A stretch of 64,000 nucleotides of DNA. It comes from Candidatus Bathyarchaeota archaeon. GTDB lineage: Archaea; Thermoproteota; Bathyarchaeia; Bathyarchaeales; Bathycorpusculaceae. Below the pieces are notes generated by a model. That model was not told where the DNA came from and did no database searches. It worked only from the letters and a program-made list of their open reading frames with translations. The position numbers and the translations under genes were made by a program. Below, piece by piece: positions 1 through 10,578 of the stretch. Numbering within the stretch: the first letter of the stretch is position 1; the number at the start of each line of letters is the position of its first letter. Location: assembly GCA_963815095.1 (NCBI GenBank), contig CAWFFH010000003.1, positions 480,001 to 544,000 of the forward strand, given 5' to 3'.

Positions 1-742
1 TGGCAATTTTGAGGAATTCTCGGCCTTCTTTTATGTCTTCAAGGTAGACGAGTATGACTTTGGTTTCTTTGTCGTGAAGTAGGTAGTGGAGGATGTCGGA
101 TTCGGTGACGTCGCATTTGTTTCCGAAGCTCACGAATTTGCTGACGCCCATCTGGCGCCCAGTTAAATAATCTAGGGCTGCTACTCCGAAGGCGCCGCTT
201 TGCGTAATCATGGCGATGTTGCCGGGTAAGGGTCTTGGAGTAGCCACAACGTCTTCGCCTGTTGTTAAAACTTTTGTTTCTGGCAGAAAGAGGGTGTCGA
301 TGCCGGTTTTTGAGTAGTAAACGCCAAGGCAGTTAGGTCCCAAAACGCGGATGCCAGCATTCTCTGCGATGGCTACAACTTGGTCTTCGAGTTCTTTGTT
401 TCCAACTTCTTTGAAGCCTGAGCTGATAATGATGGCGGTCTTGACTTTTTTAGTTGCGGCTTCCTCCATAACAGAAGGAACAACTTTTGCTGGAACGATA
501 ACAACGATTAATTCTATGTCGCGGGGAACCTTACTTAGAGACTTGTAGCATTTAAAACCCAGAATAGAGTCTTCGCCGGGGTTAACGGGGTAGAGTTCGC
601 CTTTGAAGACGCCGTGTTCTTTGTTAGTAACGAAGTTTTTGAAGATTACGTGACCTGCTTTGTCCACTTTTTTTGTGGCACCGATAACCGCAACTGAACG
701 TGGATTGAAAAATGCATCCATCTTCCGTAGTGTTTCTTCCAT
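1..742 (-). CDS. ADP-forming acyl-CoA synthetase alpha subunit (CoA-binding), N-terminal part, runs off the window
   Basis: Manual translation from ATG at 742: MEETLRKMDAFFNPRSVAVIGATKK, later GPNCLG and TQSG motifs; not in the ORF track because no stop codon falls within the window. Confidence 0.85.
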   Translation of the reverse strand, partial: MEETLRKMDAFFNPRSVAVIGATKKVDKAGHVIFKNFVTNKEHGVFKGELYPVNPGEDSILGFKCYKSLSKVPRDIELIVVIVPAKVVPSVMEEAATKKVKTAIIISSGFKEVGNKELEDQVVAIAENAGIRVLGPNCLGVYYSKTGIDTLFLPETKVLTTGEDVVATPRPLPGNIAMITQSGAFGVAALDYLTGRQMGVSKFVSFGNKCDVTESDILHYLLHDKETKVILVYLEDIKEGREFLKIA

Positions 743-843
743 ACTTATCCCGTCATTCCGCATAGGTGCTTACGAACCCCGTTTTATGTGTTACTCTCTA
801 AGAAAGCTCTTTTTCGGTAACTGGTTATTTGTTTTCGGGTGTA

Positions 844-1695
844 TTAACTTTGTCTAATGGTTTTTCTGACGATTACTATAGGTTTGTGCTTGATTGCCGA
901 GAGCATTTCCCAAGTTACTTCGTTGATGTCAACATGGAACCTTGCCGCCATGTCCCAAACCGTCGCACCTGAACCTGGACCGCGAGCCTTGTCGGCGATG
1001 TTGGTGATTTTAAGCACCTCACGTGGAGAGAGGTTGCAACCGACCACCGTGAGTGGCGTGGAACTCTTTTTGAGCTTAAGGATTCTTCCCACAATGAAGG
1101 CGGTGCTTGCACCCATTGAATGTATCCCTTTTATCGGCTTAGGTCGCGGCGTAAAGTAAAAGTTGCGGAACTTGTAGGTTTTGTCGGTGTCAGCGATAAT
1201 TACATAGACATTCTTTTGTTGCCTTTGCTGGATTTGGATTTGGATTTTCTTGGCAATTTCTTCTGTATTACTCAGTGGCAAACTCACATAGGAATAGGGC
1301 AAATTTGAGCCGTCAATTCCTCCTTCCGAACCAAACATAAGTGCCTGCCAAAACCCGGCGTGCTGCAGAGCAACTTGTTTGTGGCGGCTGCCAGACTCGA
1401 AGGGGTAATTTCGTAGTCGCTTCAATAGACGCGGACCAAAACCGCACAGAATCCCAAGCGGGTAACCCCAAACAAGCTGCATCCAGAAACCAGCCAAAGC
1501 TCTCGCGCTCCAGCTTGGCTTAACCCTGCTTTCATCAACCATTTTGGATAGTGCAGTGGATATTGCCTTTTCGGATACAACCACAAAGTCGCCGTCTTCA
1601 ACTTTCTTTTCGATAGCTTTGAGGATTTTGTCTGTGTAATTGCTTTGGGGTTTCCAGTAATTGGTTGTTACTGCCAACGATGTGTACTTAGTCAT
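844..1695 (-). CDS. F420-0:gamma-glutamyl ligase (CofE)-like protein
   Basis: DFVVVSEKAIS, GIDGSN and VIIADTD motifs. Confidence 0.75.
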   Translation of the reverse strand: MTKYTSLAVTTNYWKPQSNYTDKILKAIEKKVEDGDFVVVSEKAISTALSKMVDESRVKPSWSARALAGFWMQLVWGYPLGILCGFGPRLLKRLRNYPFESGSRHKQVALQHAGFWQALMFGSEGGIDGSNLPYSYVSLPLSNTEEIAKKIQIQIQQRQQKNVYVIIADTDKTYKFRNFYFTPRPKPIKGIHSMGASTAFIVGRILKLKKSSTPLTVVGCNLSPREVLKITNIADKARGPGSGATVWDMAARFHVDINEVTWEMLSAIKHKPIVIVRKTIRQS

Positions 1696-1790
1696 TGACT
1701 TGGCACTTTACAACTGCACAGTTTAGGTTTGCCCTAAATAAAGGCTTAAGACTTCGGCAGCTAGCCACAATCGAAACAAGCTATGAAAAG

Positions 1791-2888
1791 CTAAAACAAC
1801 GCATATGGAAAGCCCTGATTGTTCTGATAAAGTTTACCTTTTATCGGGATTTGTTGCCCGCACACGGGGCATTTCATGTCGTTTGTTAGGTTCCATTTTG
1901 TAATGTCGAAGCTGTTTCGTTTAATGACGGCTGTGTCGCAGTTGGGACAATAGGTGTTCTCGCCTGGATGACCAGGGACATTACCCATGTAAACGTAGTG
2001 TAAGCCTTGGTTTTTAGCTATTAAATATGCACGTTCCATGTCCTGAACGCTTGTCGCTGGAGTAGTCGTTAATTTGTATTCAGGATGAAAACGCAAGAGG
2101 TGGAATGGAGTATCTGGTCCCAAATAATTCTTTATCCACTTCGCCATTTCCCTGAGTCTATCCATGGAATCACCAATCTTCGGGACAACCAAATTCGTGA
2201 TTTCTATGTGCACTCCCTGAAGTTTGAGTTCTTTTAGTGAGTCATAGATTGGTTCAACGCTGGGCACTGACATGATGGATTTGTAGAAGTCAGGGTCACC
2301 GGCGCCCTTAAAATCGACCGTTGTCGCATCCAAGTATGGTGCGATAGTTTTTACAGCTTCAGGCGTCATGTACCCGTTAGTGACAAATGTGTTAAATAAT
2401 CCTGCTTCATGCGCAAGCTTCGCCGAATCATAAGCATATTCCATGAAGATCGTTGGTTCAGTGTAGGTGTAGCTGATTCCTTGGCAACCCGCGTTCTTCG
2501 CTGATTTGACCACTTCCTCTGGGGAAAAAGGGTTGCCAGCGACTTCATGGTCTTGACTTATCATCCAGTTATCGCAGAATTGGCAGCGGAAATTGCAACC
2601 AGCCGCCGCAACCGACATGACGAGTGCGCCGGGGTTGAAGTGTGAGAGCGGTTTTTTGCTGATAGGGTCCACGCCTGCAGAAACAGCTTTACCATAGTTG
2701 AGAGTGTAAAGGGTGCCACCCTGGTTTTTTCGGACCAAACAGAACCCAGTTGCATCATCACTAATCAAACAGCGCCTAGCGCAAAGGGCGCATTTTACTT
2801 TGCCCTCACTCTGACGTTCATACAGCATCGCTTCATGTAAAGACATAAAAATCCACAAAGAGAATAGGGAGTTTCTGTTTAAAAGCAT
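1791..2888 (-). CDS. AmmeMemoRadiSam-type radical SAM enzyme (PFL-activase-like)
   Basis: N-terminal CALCARRC, CNFRCQFC, YTYTEP, C-terminal CPNC/CPVC. Confidence 0.9.
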   Translation of the reverse strand: MLLNRNSLFSLWIFMSLHEAMLYERQSEGKVKCALCARRCLISDDATGFCLVRKNQGGTLYTLNYGKAVSAGVDPISKKPLSHFNPGALVMSVAAAGCNFRCQFCDNWMISQDHEVAGNPFSPEEVVKSAKNAGCQGISYTYTEPTIFMEYAYDSAKLAHEAGLFNTFVTNGYMTPEAVKTIAPYLDATTVDFKGAGDPDFYKSIMSVPSVEPIYDSLKELKLQGVHIEITNLVVPKIGDSMDRLREMAKWIKNYLGPDTPFHLLRFHPEYKLTTTPATSVQDMERAYLIAKNQGLHYVYMGNVPGHPGENTYCPNCDTAVIKRNSFDITKWNLTNDMKCPVCGQQIPIKGKLYQNNQGFPYALF

Positions 2889-2891
2889 TCA

Positions 2892-3224
2892 TTACAAGAG
2901 CTTGTTGAAAAAGCAGCTGTATTCACCCGTATGGCATGCGGGGCCAGTCTGTTCAACCACATACAGTAGTGAATCGTAATCGCAGTCGGTCGAGACAGAG
3001 ATGACTTTTTGCGTGTGTCCTGAGGTTTCACCTTTTATCCAGATTTCATTGCGGCTTCTGCTCCAGTAAGTTGCTTTACAGGTTTTGAGAGTGAGCTCAA
3101 CTGATTGTTTATTGGCGTATGCTTGCATCAAGATTTCCTTTGTTTTTGCGTCTTGAACTATAACTGGGATCAGTCCGTTGCCTTTTTTGAAATCCAATTT
3201 CAGTAGCAAATCATTGTTTGTCAT
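2892..3224 (-). CDS. hisI: phosphoribosyl-AMP cyclohydrolase
   Basis: [25 protein letters not shown] motifs. Confidence 0.97.
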   Translation of the reverse strand: MTNNDLLLKLDFKKGNGLIPVIVQDAKTKEILMQAYANKQSVELTLKTCKATYWSRSRNEIWIKGETSGHTQKVISVSTDCDYDSLLYVVEQTGPACHTGEYSCFFNKLL

Positions 3225-4024
3225 GTTCGTATTGTCACCCCCATCTTACGAAGGTAATCCTTCACGACAGGGACAGGATAATTGTTATAGTGAAAAATTG
3301 AAGCAGCCAATGCTGCATCTGCTTTGCCCTCGGTTAAAACGTCCAGAAGGTGTTTTGGGATGCCGGCGCCACCGCTTGCGATAATGGGCACGTTGACTCG
3401 TTCGGAGATAGAGCGGGTTAATTCGATGTCATAGCCTTCTTTTGTTCCATCCTTATCCATTGAGGTTACGAGGAACTCGCCTGCGCCAAGCTTCTCGGCC
3501 TGAATTGACCATGCTAAAGCGTCGATGCCTGTAGGTCTTCTGCCGCCGTAAGTGACCACTTCAAACCATACTTTGCCCTCGCCAGTATCAACCATGATTT
3601 TGCCTTCACAAGGCGTGTGATTGCGCTTAGCGTCGATAGCTGTGACAACGCATTGCCTACCAAAAACGTCAGATAATTCGGTTATGACTTTGGGATTTTC
3701 TACTGCCGCTGTATTAACCGACACCTTGTCAGCTCCGCTACACAGAACCAGCCGTGCATCCGACACATTGCGGACCCCGCCTCCGACAGTGAAAGGTATG
3801 CTGATTGCTTTAGCGACCCCCTCCACGACACCTCTAAGAATGTCCCGTTTCTCGGAAGATGCAGATATGTCCAAAAAAACCAGTTCATCTGCTCCGTCAT
3901 CGGAGTAGCGTTTAGCCATTTCGACTGGGTCGCCTGCATGTTTTGGATTGAGGAAGTTTACGCACTTTACCACTTTTCCGTGGTCAACGTCGAGGCATGG
4001 AATGATTCGTTTTGCAAGAGGCAT
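3221..4024 (-). CDS. hisF: imidazole glycerol phosphate synthase cyclase subunit
   Basis: [25 protein letters not shown]. Confidence 0.97.
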   Translation of the reverse strand: MPLAKRIIPCLDVDHGKVVKCVNFLNPKHAGDPVEMAKRYSDDGADELVFLDISASSEKRDILRGVVEGVAKAISIPFTVGGGVRNVSDARLVLCSGADKVSVNTAAVENPKVITELSDVFGRQCVVTAIDAKRNHTPCEGKIMVDTGEGKVWFEVVTYGGRRPTGIDALAWSIQAEKLGAGEFLVTSMDKDGTKEGYDIELTRSISERVNVPIIASGGAGIPKHLLDVLTEGKADAALAASIFHYNNYPVPVVKDYLRKMGVTIRT

Positions 4025-4026
4025 TT

Positions 4027-4761
4027 TTAAGCTCCTATTTTTTTTATGGCTTCTTTTAACGTGAAGCGCCCTTCATAAAGGGCTTTGCCGATGACTGCGC
4101 CTTCCACTCCGATTTCTTTTAGAGCAACCAAGTCGCCTATGCTACCGATTCCGCCCGCTGCCACGATTTTGGCATTGGGAAAGAGGGCAGATTGGCTGAG
4201 TGTTTGCAGGTCCGGACCCGTAAGCATACCATCTTGTGCAATGGAAGTTATTAGAAAACGGTGAACGCCCAGAGATGTGTATTTTTCGAGGGCATCGTCC
4301 ACCGTCATTGCGGTTGCGGTTTTCCATCCCTCGACCATGATAAGCCCCTCCTTGTTATCTAACGCAACTATTACTGAGTCTGCGCCAAATTTTTTCTGAA
4401 TTTTGCCGATGACGGGGGGGTCACTGAAGGCCAAGGCGCCAAGGATTACTTGAGTTATACCTGTTTTGAAAAGTTTTTCTGCGGTTTCGTAACTACGAAT
4501 TCCTCCCCCGACTTGAATTGGTAATTTAACGTTTTTTGCAACCTCGGCAATGACTGAGTGGTTATTGCCAAGTGCGAAAGCTGCGTCCAAATCGATAATA
4601 TGTAGTTTGCTCGCACCTTCGTCTCGCCAACGCTGTGCAGCTTCGATGGGAGTTCCGAATTGGGCTTCGTAGAATTTGGCGGTTTTGGCTTCGCCACGTG
4701 TTAATCGGACGATTTTGCCTTCCATTAAATCGATTGCTGGAATTAACTGCATATAAATCAC
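4027..4761 (-). CDS. hisA: ProFAR isomerase
   Basis: IPAIDL, HIIDLD, QVGGGIR, GKALY. Confidence 0.96.
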   Translation of the reverse strand: MIYMQLIPAIDLMEGKIVRLTRGEAKTAKFYEAQFGTPIEAAQRWRDEGASKLHIIDLDAAFALGNNHSVIAEVAKNVKLPIQVGGGIRSYETAEKLFKTGITQVILGALAFSDPPVIGKIQKKFGADSVIVALDNKEGLIMVEGWKTATAMTVDDALEKYTSLGVHRFLITSIAQDGMLTGPDLQTLSQSALFPNAKIVAAGGIGSIGDLVALKEIGVEGAVIGKALYEGRFTLKEAIKKIGA

Positions 4762-5363
4762 TTCACAACTGTTTTGACGAAGTTTTTGAGGATTTTAATT
4801 CCGACATCTCCTGATTTTTCTGGGTGAAACTGAGTACCATAAATGTTTTTGCTGGTGACTGCTGAGGTGAATGTTGTGCCGTAATCGGTTGTAGTGCAAA
4901 CTATCTTCTTATCCTTGGGCACTGGATAGAGCGAGTGCACAAAGTAAACGTATGTGCCTTCGGCGATGCCGTCGAAGAGCTCGTTTGGTTTCGCGATGTT
5001 TAGTGTGTTCCAGCCCATATGGGGCACCTTAACGGTTTTAGGTAACTGAACGTTTCTGCCTTTGAAAAGCGCTAGACCTTTTCCCGGCCCCTCTTCGCTT
5101 GATTCAAAGAAAAGCTGCAAACCCAAACAGATGCCAAGCAGTGGAGTCCCTTCTTGGATTTTGGCTTGAAGAGTTTCTTTGACGGTGTCGAGTTTTTCTG
5201 AGGCTGCGGTGAAGCTTCCGACGCCGGGCATTGCGATGGCGTCTGCTTTCGCCAAATCTTTTGTTGTAGTGCCAATTGAAGTGGTTAACCCTGCCTTTTC
5301 CAACGCCGTCTTTAGGCTTAATAGGTTGCCGACACCGTAGTCGAATATGACTGCTTGCGGCAT
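4758..5363 (-). CDS. hisH: IGP synthase glutamine amidotransferase subunit
   Basis: PGVG, GICLG, VPHMGWN, QFHPEKS. Confidence 0.97.
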   Translation of the reverse strand: MPQAVIFDYGVGNLLSLKTALEKAGLTTSIGTTTKDLAKADAIAMPGVGSFTAASEKLDTVKETLQAKIQEGTPLLGICLGLQLFFESSEEGPGKGLALFKGRNVQLPKTVKVPHMGWNTLNIAKPNELFDGIAEGTYVYFVHSLYPVPKDKKIVCTTTDYGTTFTSAVTSKNIYGTQFHPEKSGDVGIKILKNFVKTVVK

Positions 5364-5938
5364 TAGATGACTCCCTTGGAGCTGGGCACGCCTTTGCGTC
5401 TTGGATCCATGGCTACCGCTTGGCGGAGCGAGAGTGCGAGGGCTTTGGTGGCGGCTTCTGCTTTGTGGTGGTCGTTGCTGCCGTACTCAACGAAGATGTG
5501 AACATTTGCTTGGAGTGCGGTGGCGAGGGATTCGAAGAAATGGTTAATGTCCTCAGTCGGCATCTCTTCTACTTTTTTGCCGCGAAGTTTAAGGTCGATT
5601 TTGAAGTAGGGACGTTTGACGAGGTCTACGGCCGCGAATGCTAGGGAGCAATCCATGGGTGCGGCTGCGCTGCCAAACCGAGTGATGCCTTCCCTTTTGC
5701 CCAATGCCTTGTTGAGTGCTTCGCCCAAGCCGATGGCTAAGTCTTCGACGCAGTGGTGCACCAAATCGCCCTTCACCGACGCCGAGATGTCGATCAGGCT
5801 GTGGGTTGCAAGCGAGGTAAGCATGTGGTCAAGGAACGGCACAGCTGTGTTAACGGTTGCTTTTCCTTCGCCTTCAAGGTTCACACAAACTTTAACTTCG
5901 GTTTCCTTAGTCTCGCGATAAACTTCCTCTTTCCTCAT
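5363..5938 (-). CDS. hisB: imidazoleglycerol-phosphate dehydratase
   Basis: RETKET, FLDHML, HHCVED, NDHHKAEA, PSSKG. Confidence 0.97.
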   Translation of the reverse strand: MRKEEVYRETKETEVKVCVNLEGEGKATVNTAVPFLDHMLTSLATHSLIDISASVKGDLVHHCVEDLAIGLGEALNKALGKREGITRFGSAAAPMDCSLAFAAVDLVKRPYFKIDLKLRGKKVEEMPTEDINHFFESLATALQANVHIFVEYGSNDHHKAEAATKALALSLRQAVAMDPRRKGVPSSKGVI

Positions 5939-7059
5939 TCGTCTTCCTCTGAAATCACTTTTAATGCTTCAACCAATTTAGCGTTCATTTCAGGCAACCC
6001 AACCGTGACGCGGAAGCAGTTCTCGTACTGGAGCATTTTGCCCCATTTCTTGACCATGATGCCTTTCCAAAGCAGCTTCTGGTTAACTATGTCCGCGGGT
6101 TTTTCTGTGTGCATCAGCACAAAGTTGGATTGTGAATCGAACGCTTGTACGCCTTCTATTTCGTTTAGTGCCTTTATCAGTTTTTCCCGTTCACTCTTGG
6201 TTTGTCTTACGGATTCAAGCATTAAATCAACGTTGTCGAGCATTTTGGAACCCATCCTGAGTGTGAAACCGCTCACGGGGTAGGGCAGGGGCGATTTTTC
6301 AGTTAATATCTTGGCTAACTCGGGGTTTGCCACCGCGTAGCCCAACCGAAGTGCCGCCAGCCCAAACGCTTTGGAAAAGGTCCTCAGAATAATCATGTTC
6401 TCAAACTCTTTTATCCTGGGCACAAAAGAGTAGTCTGCGAATTCGCCGTACGCCTCATCCAAAATAACGATGCCCGGGAAAGCGGTAGCTAATTTTTCTA
6501 TGTCTTCTGCTTTGTACTGTGTTCCTGTGGGGCTGTTTGGTGAGCAGAGGTAGACCAACCTTGTTTTCTCTGAGAACTTGGAGAGCATTCCTTTGACGTC
6601 GAGTTGCAGGTTTTTCTGGAGCGGAACCGCGACGTATTCGCCTTCTTGGCGTTTAACGCAGAGCCTTGGAATCGAGAATGAAGGCGCAAACGAAACTGCT
6701 ATGTCACCTTTCTCAACGAAGAGTCTTATGATGCGGTCGATTAATTCGTCACTTGCGTTGCCGACTACAAGGAAATCCTTTGGAACTTTCATGTAAACAG
6801 CTAGTTTCTCGCGCAGCTTACCTTCCTCATCTTCAGGGTACATGCGCAAATCGATTTCCTCCGCAACCTCTTTCACGAGTTTAACCTGCTTCACGCGGGA
6901 CATGAAGAGGTTCTCGTTGAAGTCCAGTTTAATTATCTGTTTTGTGGTGACTCCAAGCTGCTTGGCAACGGTTTCAGGTGTGGCTCCAGCAGAGTAGCAG
7001 TCTATTGCTTGGAGTTTTTCGAGTTTTTGTTTTATCCATTTTTGGTAGGATTCGCTCAT
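5935..7059 (-). CDS. hisC: histidinol-phosphate aminotransferase
   Basis: LCSPNSPTG, DEAY, RTFSKAFGLAALRLGY; operon context. Confidence 0.95.
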   Translation of the reverse strand: MSESYQKWIKQKLEKLQAIDCYSAGATPETVAKQLGVTTKQIIKLDFNENLFMSRVKQVKLVKEVAEEIDLRMYPEDEEGKLREKLAVYMKVPKDFLVVGNASDELIDRIIRLFVEKGDIAVSFAPSFSIPRLCVKRQEGEYVAVPLQKNLQLDVKGMLSKFSEKTRLVYLCSPNSPTGTQYKAEDIEKLATAFPGIVILDEAYGEFADYSFVPRIKEFENMIILRTFSKAFGLAALRLGYAVANPELAKILTEKSPLPYPVSGFTLRMGSKMLDNVDLMLESVRQTKSEREKLIKALNEIEGVQAFDSQSNFVLMHTEKPADIVNQKLLWKGIMVKKWGKMLQYENCFRVTVGLPEMNAKLVEALKVISEEDE

Positions 7060-8357
7060 ATTTCTAACCTTGCTTTAATTGCTTTATAGTGATTGGGAAG
7101 GTTCTCTGCTTCCGTCATTACTTTGACGCTGTCGCGTACACGTTCTAAACCCACTTTGGTGCACTCTACTATGCTTACCCGGCGCATAAAGTCCAAGGCT
7201 GATAAACCCGAGAACGATTTAGCAAAGCCACCAGTCGGCAGGACATGGTTGGTTCCGCTGCCATAGTCGCTTAACGCAACGGGACTGTAGGGGCCTAAAA
7301 GTATGAGTCCAGCGGTTAGTTTCTGTGCCAACTCTTTGGCGTTGGCAGTCATAACTTCTAAGTGCTCAGCCGCAAACTGATTAACTAAATTAACGGCTAC
7401 TTCCATGTTTCTGCAAATTATTATGAAGCCATATTTGGAGAGCGACTCACAGATTTTTTCACCTCTCTCAGCGCCGGCGGCAATCTTCGTGAGGTAATCC
7501 TGAACCTGCAATGCCACCTTCTCTGAAGTGGTTATGAGTCCTGCAACACTGTCGCCGCCGTGCTCTGCCTGCGAAACCATGTCGAACGCAATTAACCGCG
7601 CATCAGCACATTCATCCGCCAGCACCAGCACTTCGCTTGGACCAGCAGGCATATCGATTGCAACATCGGTAGAAACCAGAACCTTTGCAGCCGTCACGTA
7701 TTTGCTACCTGGACCCACGATTTTCCGCACGGGCTCCATGGTTCTTGTTCCATAAGCTAACGCTGCTATGGCTTGGGCTCCGCCAACTCTGTAGACCTCA
7801 TCGACTCCGCAGATGTCAGCTGCAACAAGGACCAGCGGGTTAACTTTGCCCTTGGCATCTGATGGTGAACACACAACTATTCGAGGAACACCCGCGGCTT
7901 TAGCTGGAACCACAGTCATAACAAGCGTGCTCGGGTAAGCGGCCTGTCCGCCTGGAACGTAGCAGCCTACACTTTCGATCGGCCGCAAAACAGTCTGGAC
8001 TGAAATGCCGTTGCCAGAAGAGTTGATTTCGGTTTTGGTAAGCAGCTGTTTTTGGTAGGTGTTGACTTTTTCCTTCATGAACTTTAAAGCTGAGATTTGC
8101 TGGGGAGTGGTTTTGTTGTAGGCTTCCTTGATTTCTCCTGGTTTAACTCTAAGGCCCCGTACATTGAGTTCGGCTTTATCAAATTTTAATGCCAGCTCAA
8201 CTAGGGCAGCGTCGCCATCTGCTTTAACCTGGTTTACTATGGCTTTAACGCTGAATTCGACTTCCAGCGCTGCATTTTCGTCTGCTTTCTGCCGTTTAGA
8301 CCAGTCTGGTGGCAGCGCGTCTGATTTCCAGATTCTCAGCTCGAACCCTTTGAGCAT
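7056..8357 (-). CDS. hisD: histidinol dehydrogenase
   Basis: YVPGG, DMPAGPSE, QAEH, AEHL, GTNHVLPT. Confidence 0.97.
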   Translation of the reverse strand: MLKGFELRIWKSDALPPDWSKRQKADENAALEVEFSVKAIVNQVKADGDAALVELALKFDKAELNVRGLRVKPGEIKEAYNKTTPQQISALKFMKEKVNTYQKQLLTKTEINSSGNGISVQTVLRPIESVGCYVPGGQAAYPSTLVMTVVPAKAAGVPRIVVCSPSDAKGKVNPLVLVAADICGVDEVYRVGGAQAIAALAYGTRTMEPVRKIVGPGSKYVTAAKVLVSTDVAIDMPAGPSEVLVLADECADARLIAFDMVSQAEHGGDSVAGLITTSEKVALQVQDYLTKIAAGAERGEKICESLSKYGFIIICRNMEVAVNLVNQFAAEHLEVMTANAKELAQKLTAGLILLGPYSPVALSDYGSGTNHVLPTGGFAKSFSGLSALDFMRRVSIVECTKVGLERVRDSVKVMTEAENLPNHYKAIKARLEI

Positions 8358-9349
8358 GTTCCTTCGTTTCTCCGCGCTATCTCATCGAGTGCCAGCACTT
8401 GACGTGGTTCATATACGACCAGTCCTTGGGCTAGTTTACGAATCTTGGGCAACAATCCGATTAAGCAGTCTTTTTCGATAACGGTGTTTACGCCAACCCA
8501 ACCCTCATCGGCTAAGGGTGATATTGTTGGATTCTTCAGTGCGGGTAATTCAGTTAGCAATGTTTGGAGGTTTTCTTTTTTGACGTTAACGAATATGTGA
8601 ATTCTCTTGGAACCGTCAACGACGCCTTTTAGCAAAGCAACTATGTCGTAGATTTTCTCGCGTTTCTCGGGGTCTTCTAGGCTTTTTTTGTTAGCGATGA
8701 GAATTGCCGATGATTTGAGGACGGTTTCTATGATACGGAGGTTGTTAGCGTCTATGGTCGTGCCTGTTTCTGTTACGTCCATGATGCAGTCGGAATCTTC
8801 CGGCGGCTTAGCTTCAGTGGCGCCAAAAGATAGGAAAATCTTGGCGCGTGAGTTGTCACCTTTCTTCCACCATGGCGTCACAAGCATCGGGTCAGAGCTG
8901 CCAAACCGTTTCTTGTATTGCGGAGTGTTCTTGAGGTATTCGGAGGCGATGTTGAGGTATTCGGTGCTGATTCGGAAGTCCCTGCCCTGACTCCAAATCG
9001 ACTCCATGTACTCACCCACTGTCGTTCCTTCAGGAACACTTTTGGGCACGGCTATGACGAGTTTGATTTTTCCGTATTCGAGGTTCTGGAGGATTTCCAC
9101 ATCGGCTTTGTTTTCTTTCACCCAGTCTTCCCCGGTGATGCCAAGGTCCTGTAAGCCTTCGTTGACGAAAACTGGGATTTCTTGGGGCCTTAGCACTTTC
9201 ATCTCAATCTGAGGGTCGTTTATGGTTGGGCGGTATGTTCGTTCTGTTCCGCCGATTTTGAATCCTGATTTAGAGAAGAATTCCGCTGTTGCTTTTTCTA
9301 GTGAGCCTTTGGGGATGGCAAATTTTATTTTATCCATAAATTTTTTCAC
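8336..9349 (-). CDS. hisG: ATP phosphoribosyltransferase (long form)
   Basis: AIPKGSL, DLGITGED, GATE, DVTETGTT and C-terminal regulatory domain. Confidence 0.95.
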   Translation of the reverse strand: MKKFMDKIKFAIPKGSLEKATAEFFSKSGFKIGGTERTYRPTINDPQIEMKVLRPQEIPVFVNEGLQDLGITGEDWVKENKADVEILQNLEYGKIKLVIAVPKSVPEGTTVGEYMESIWSQGRDFRISTEYLNIASEYLKNTPQYKKRFGSSDPMLVTPWWKKGDNSRAKIFLSFGATEAKPPEDSDCIMDVTETGTTIDANNLRIIETVLKSSAILIANKKSLEDPEKREKIYDIVALLKGVVDGSKRIHIFVNVKKENLQTLLTELPALKNPTISPLADEGWVGVNTVIEKDCLIGLLPKIRKLAQGLVVYEPRQVLALDEIARRNEGTCSKGSS

Positions 9350-9572
9350 CTAAATTTTTAGAGAGGTATCTAAGGGTTTTTTGTTTCGTTAAAACGATTT
9401 TTTGACGGGGTGCGCCTAATCTCAAATAGCTAATCGTTGTTACGCTTTCAATGAAGGCAATCGCCTTGTATGAACGCAATCCCTCATCATATACCACTGG
9501 AAGACACCTGAACCCCTGTCTTCCTAATAAATCTGTTTCCACATATTTAACTGTCGGATTCTAAAATAGACT

Positions 9573-10148
9573 CTATTTACGGTTTTTAAGCTCAAAAACC
9601 ATCGGAGGCACCGAATTTCGAGTCTCCAGTTCCACGCCCAGTAAACTTTCCATGATGCCCTTCCAAATCTCACAATCATTAATGAAAGGCGATTTCAAAA
9701 GCAAAAACTTGTCTTTAAGATAAAAATCACCGAACCCCTGCACTTTTAGCCTATTGAATACTGCGTCCCAAGTCTCCTGTTTGCTTGAATCTATTCCAAG
9801 GGTTGATTCAATGAAAACTTTTAGGGCATCACCCATTTTTCCGCCGACCTCATGCCATTTGTCCTTGGAAATCTGCTGGGTCAGTATATTAAGTAACTCA
9901 ACATTTACGAAAGCGGTGCGACTTATTCCACAGTAGTATTCGCCTGGGAAGTGCCAATCGTAAATCATCATGCTCTTGTAGATGTCAAGCATTTTGGAGA
10001 TGAGAGGTTTTATTCCGGGTTCTTTGCCTTCTTTGATTAGTGATTCGATGAATTCGCGTTCGCCCTTTTCTAATATGATTGTTGTTCTTTTTGCTTCTTC
10101 ATTCTTTTCTTTTGGCGCATTAGATAGGTTTCGTTTGCTATCGAGCAT
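9573..10148 (-). CDS. putative transcription regulator (ribbon-helix-helix-like N-terminus, V4R-like C-terminus)
   Basis: KRTTIIL beta-strand followed by helices; GFG motif in the C-terminal domain; weak inference. Confidence 0.45.
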   Translation of the reverse strand: MLDSKRNLSNAPKEKNEEAKRTTIILEKGEREFIESLIKEGKEPGIKPLISKMLDIYKSMMIYDWHFPGEYYCGISRTAFVNVELLNILTQQISKDKWHEVGGKMGDALKVFIESTLGIDSSKQETWDAVFNRLKVQGFGDFYLKDKFLLLKSPFINDCEIWKGIMESLLGVELETRNSVPPMVFELKNRK

Positions 10149-10333
10149 AGAGTCTATTCTTACTGGAATATCTAATATGCCTTATGTATTCAGCAAGCAT
10201 ATTCAAAATTAAGGTTTTTCTCTAAAAATCAAAGAATCTTAATAAAACAGGTTCTGCCTCTAAGGTGCCGCCGATGAAGAACCTAATTAGCTGATTTGAT
10301 GATGCACCCTAGGGTATCTGAGGCAACGTTTAT

Positions 10334-10564
10334 TCAATTACTTTCTTTCGGATAAGGAACAATAACAACACTAAACCAACTAGGAACAGCACAAGCACCA
10401 AGTGAGATAGATGCAATGTACTCAAAGTGGAGCACATCTGACAACAAGTATGGAACATAAGTTGGACCAACAAAAATCAAGAACACTGAAACTATCGTCA
10501 TTGCCACTTTCATGAATTTTGAGTCTAATCCGCTAACTTTTACATTTTCAATATCTTTAGTCAT
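10334..10564 (-). CDS. small membrane protein, probably with a 1-nt frameshift near the 3' end
   Basis: Hydrophobic helices; an alternate frame continues as LVLFLVGLVLLLFLIRKKVIE*. Confidence 0.55.
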   Translation of the reverse strand: MTKDIENVKVSGLDSKFMKVAMTIVSVFLIFVGPTYVPYLLSDVLHFEYIASISLGACAVPSWFSVVIVPYPKESN

Positions 10565-10578
10565 CGACGCCTATCTTC

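Noticed and set aside
351-9212. Numerous short plus-strand and nested ORFs over the his and neighbouring genes
   Set aside because: They are antisense or off-frame shadows of well-supported genes.
9330-9542. ORF upstream of hisG as a His-rich attenuator leader
   Set aside because: It contains no His codons and I saw no convincing attenuator structure.
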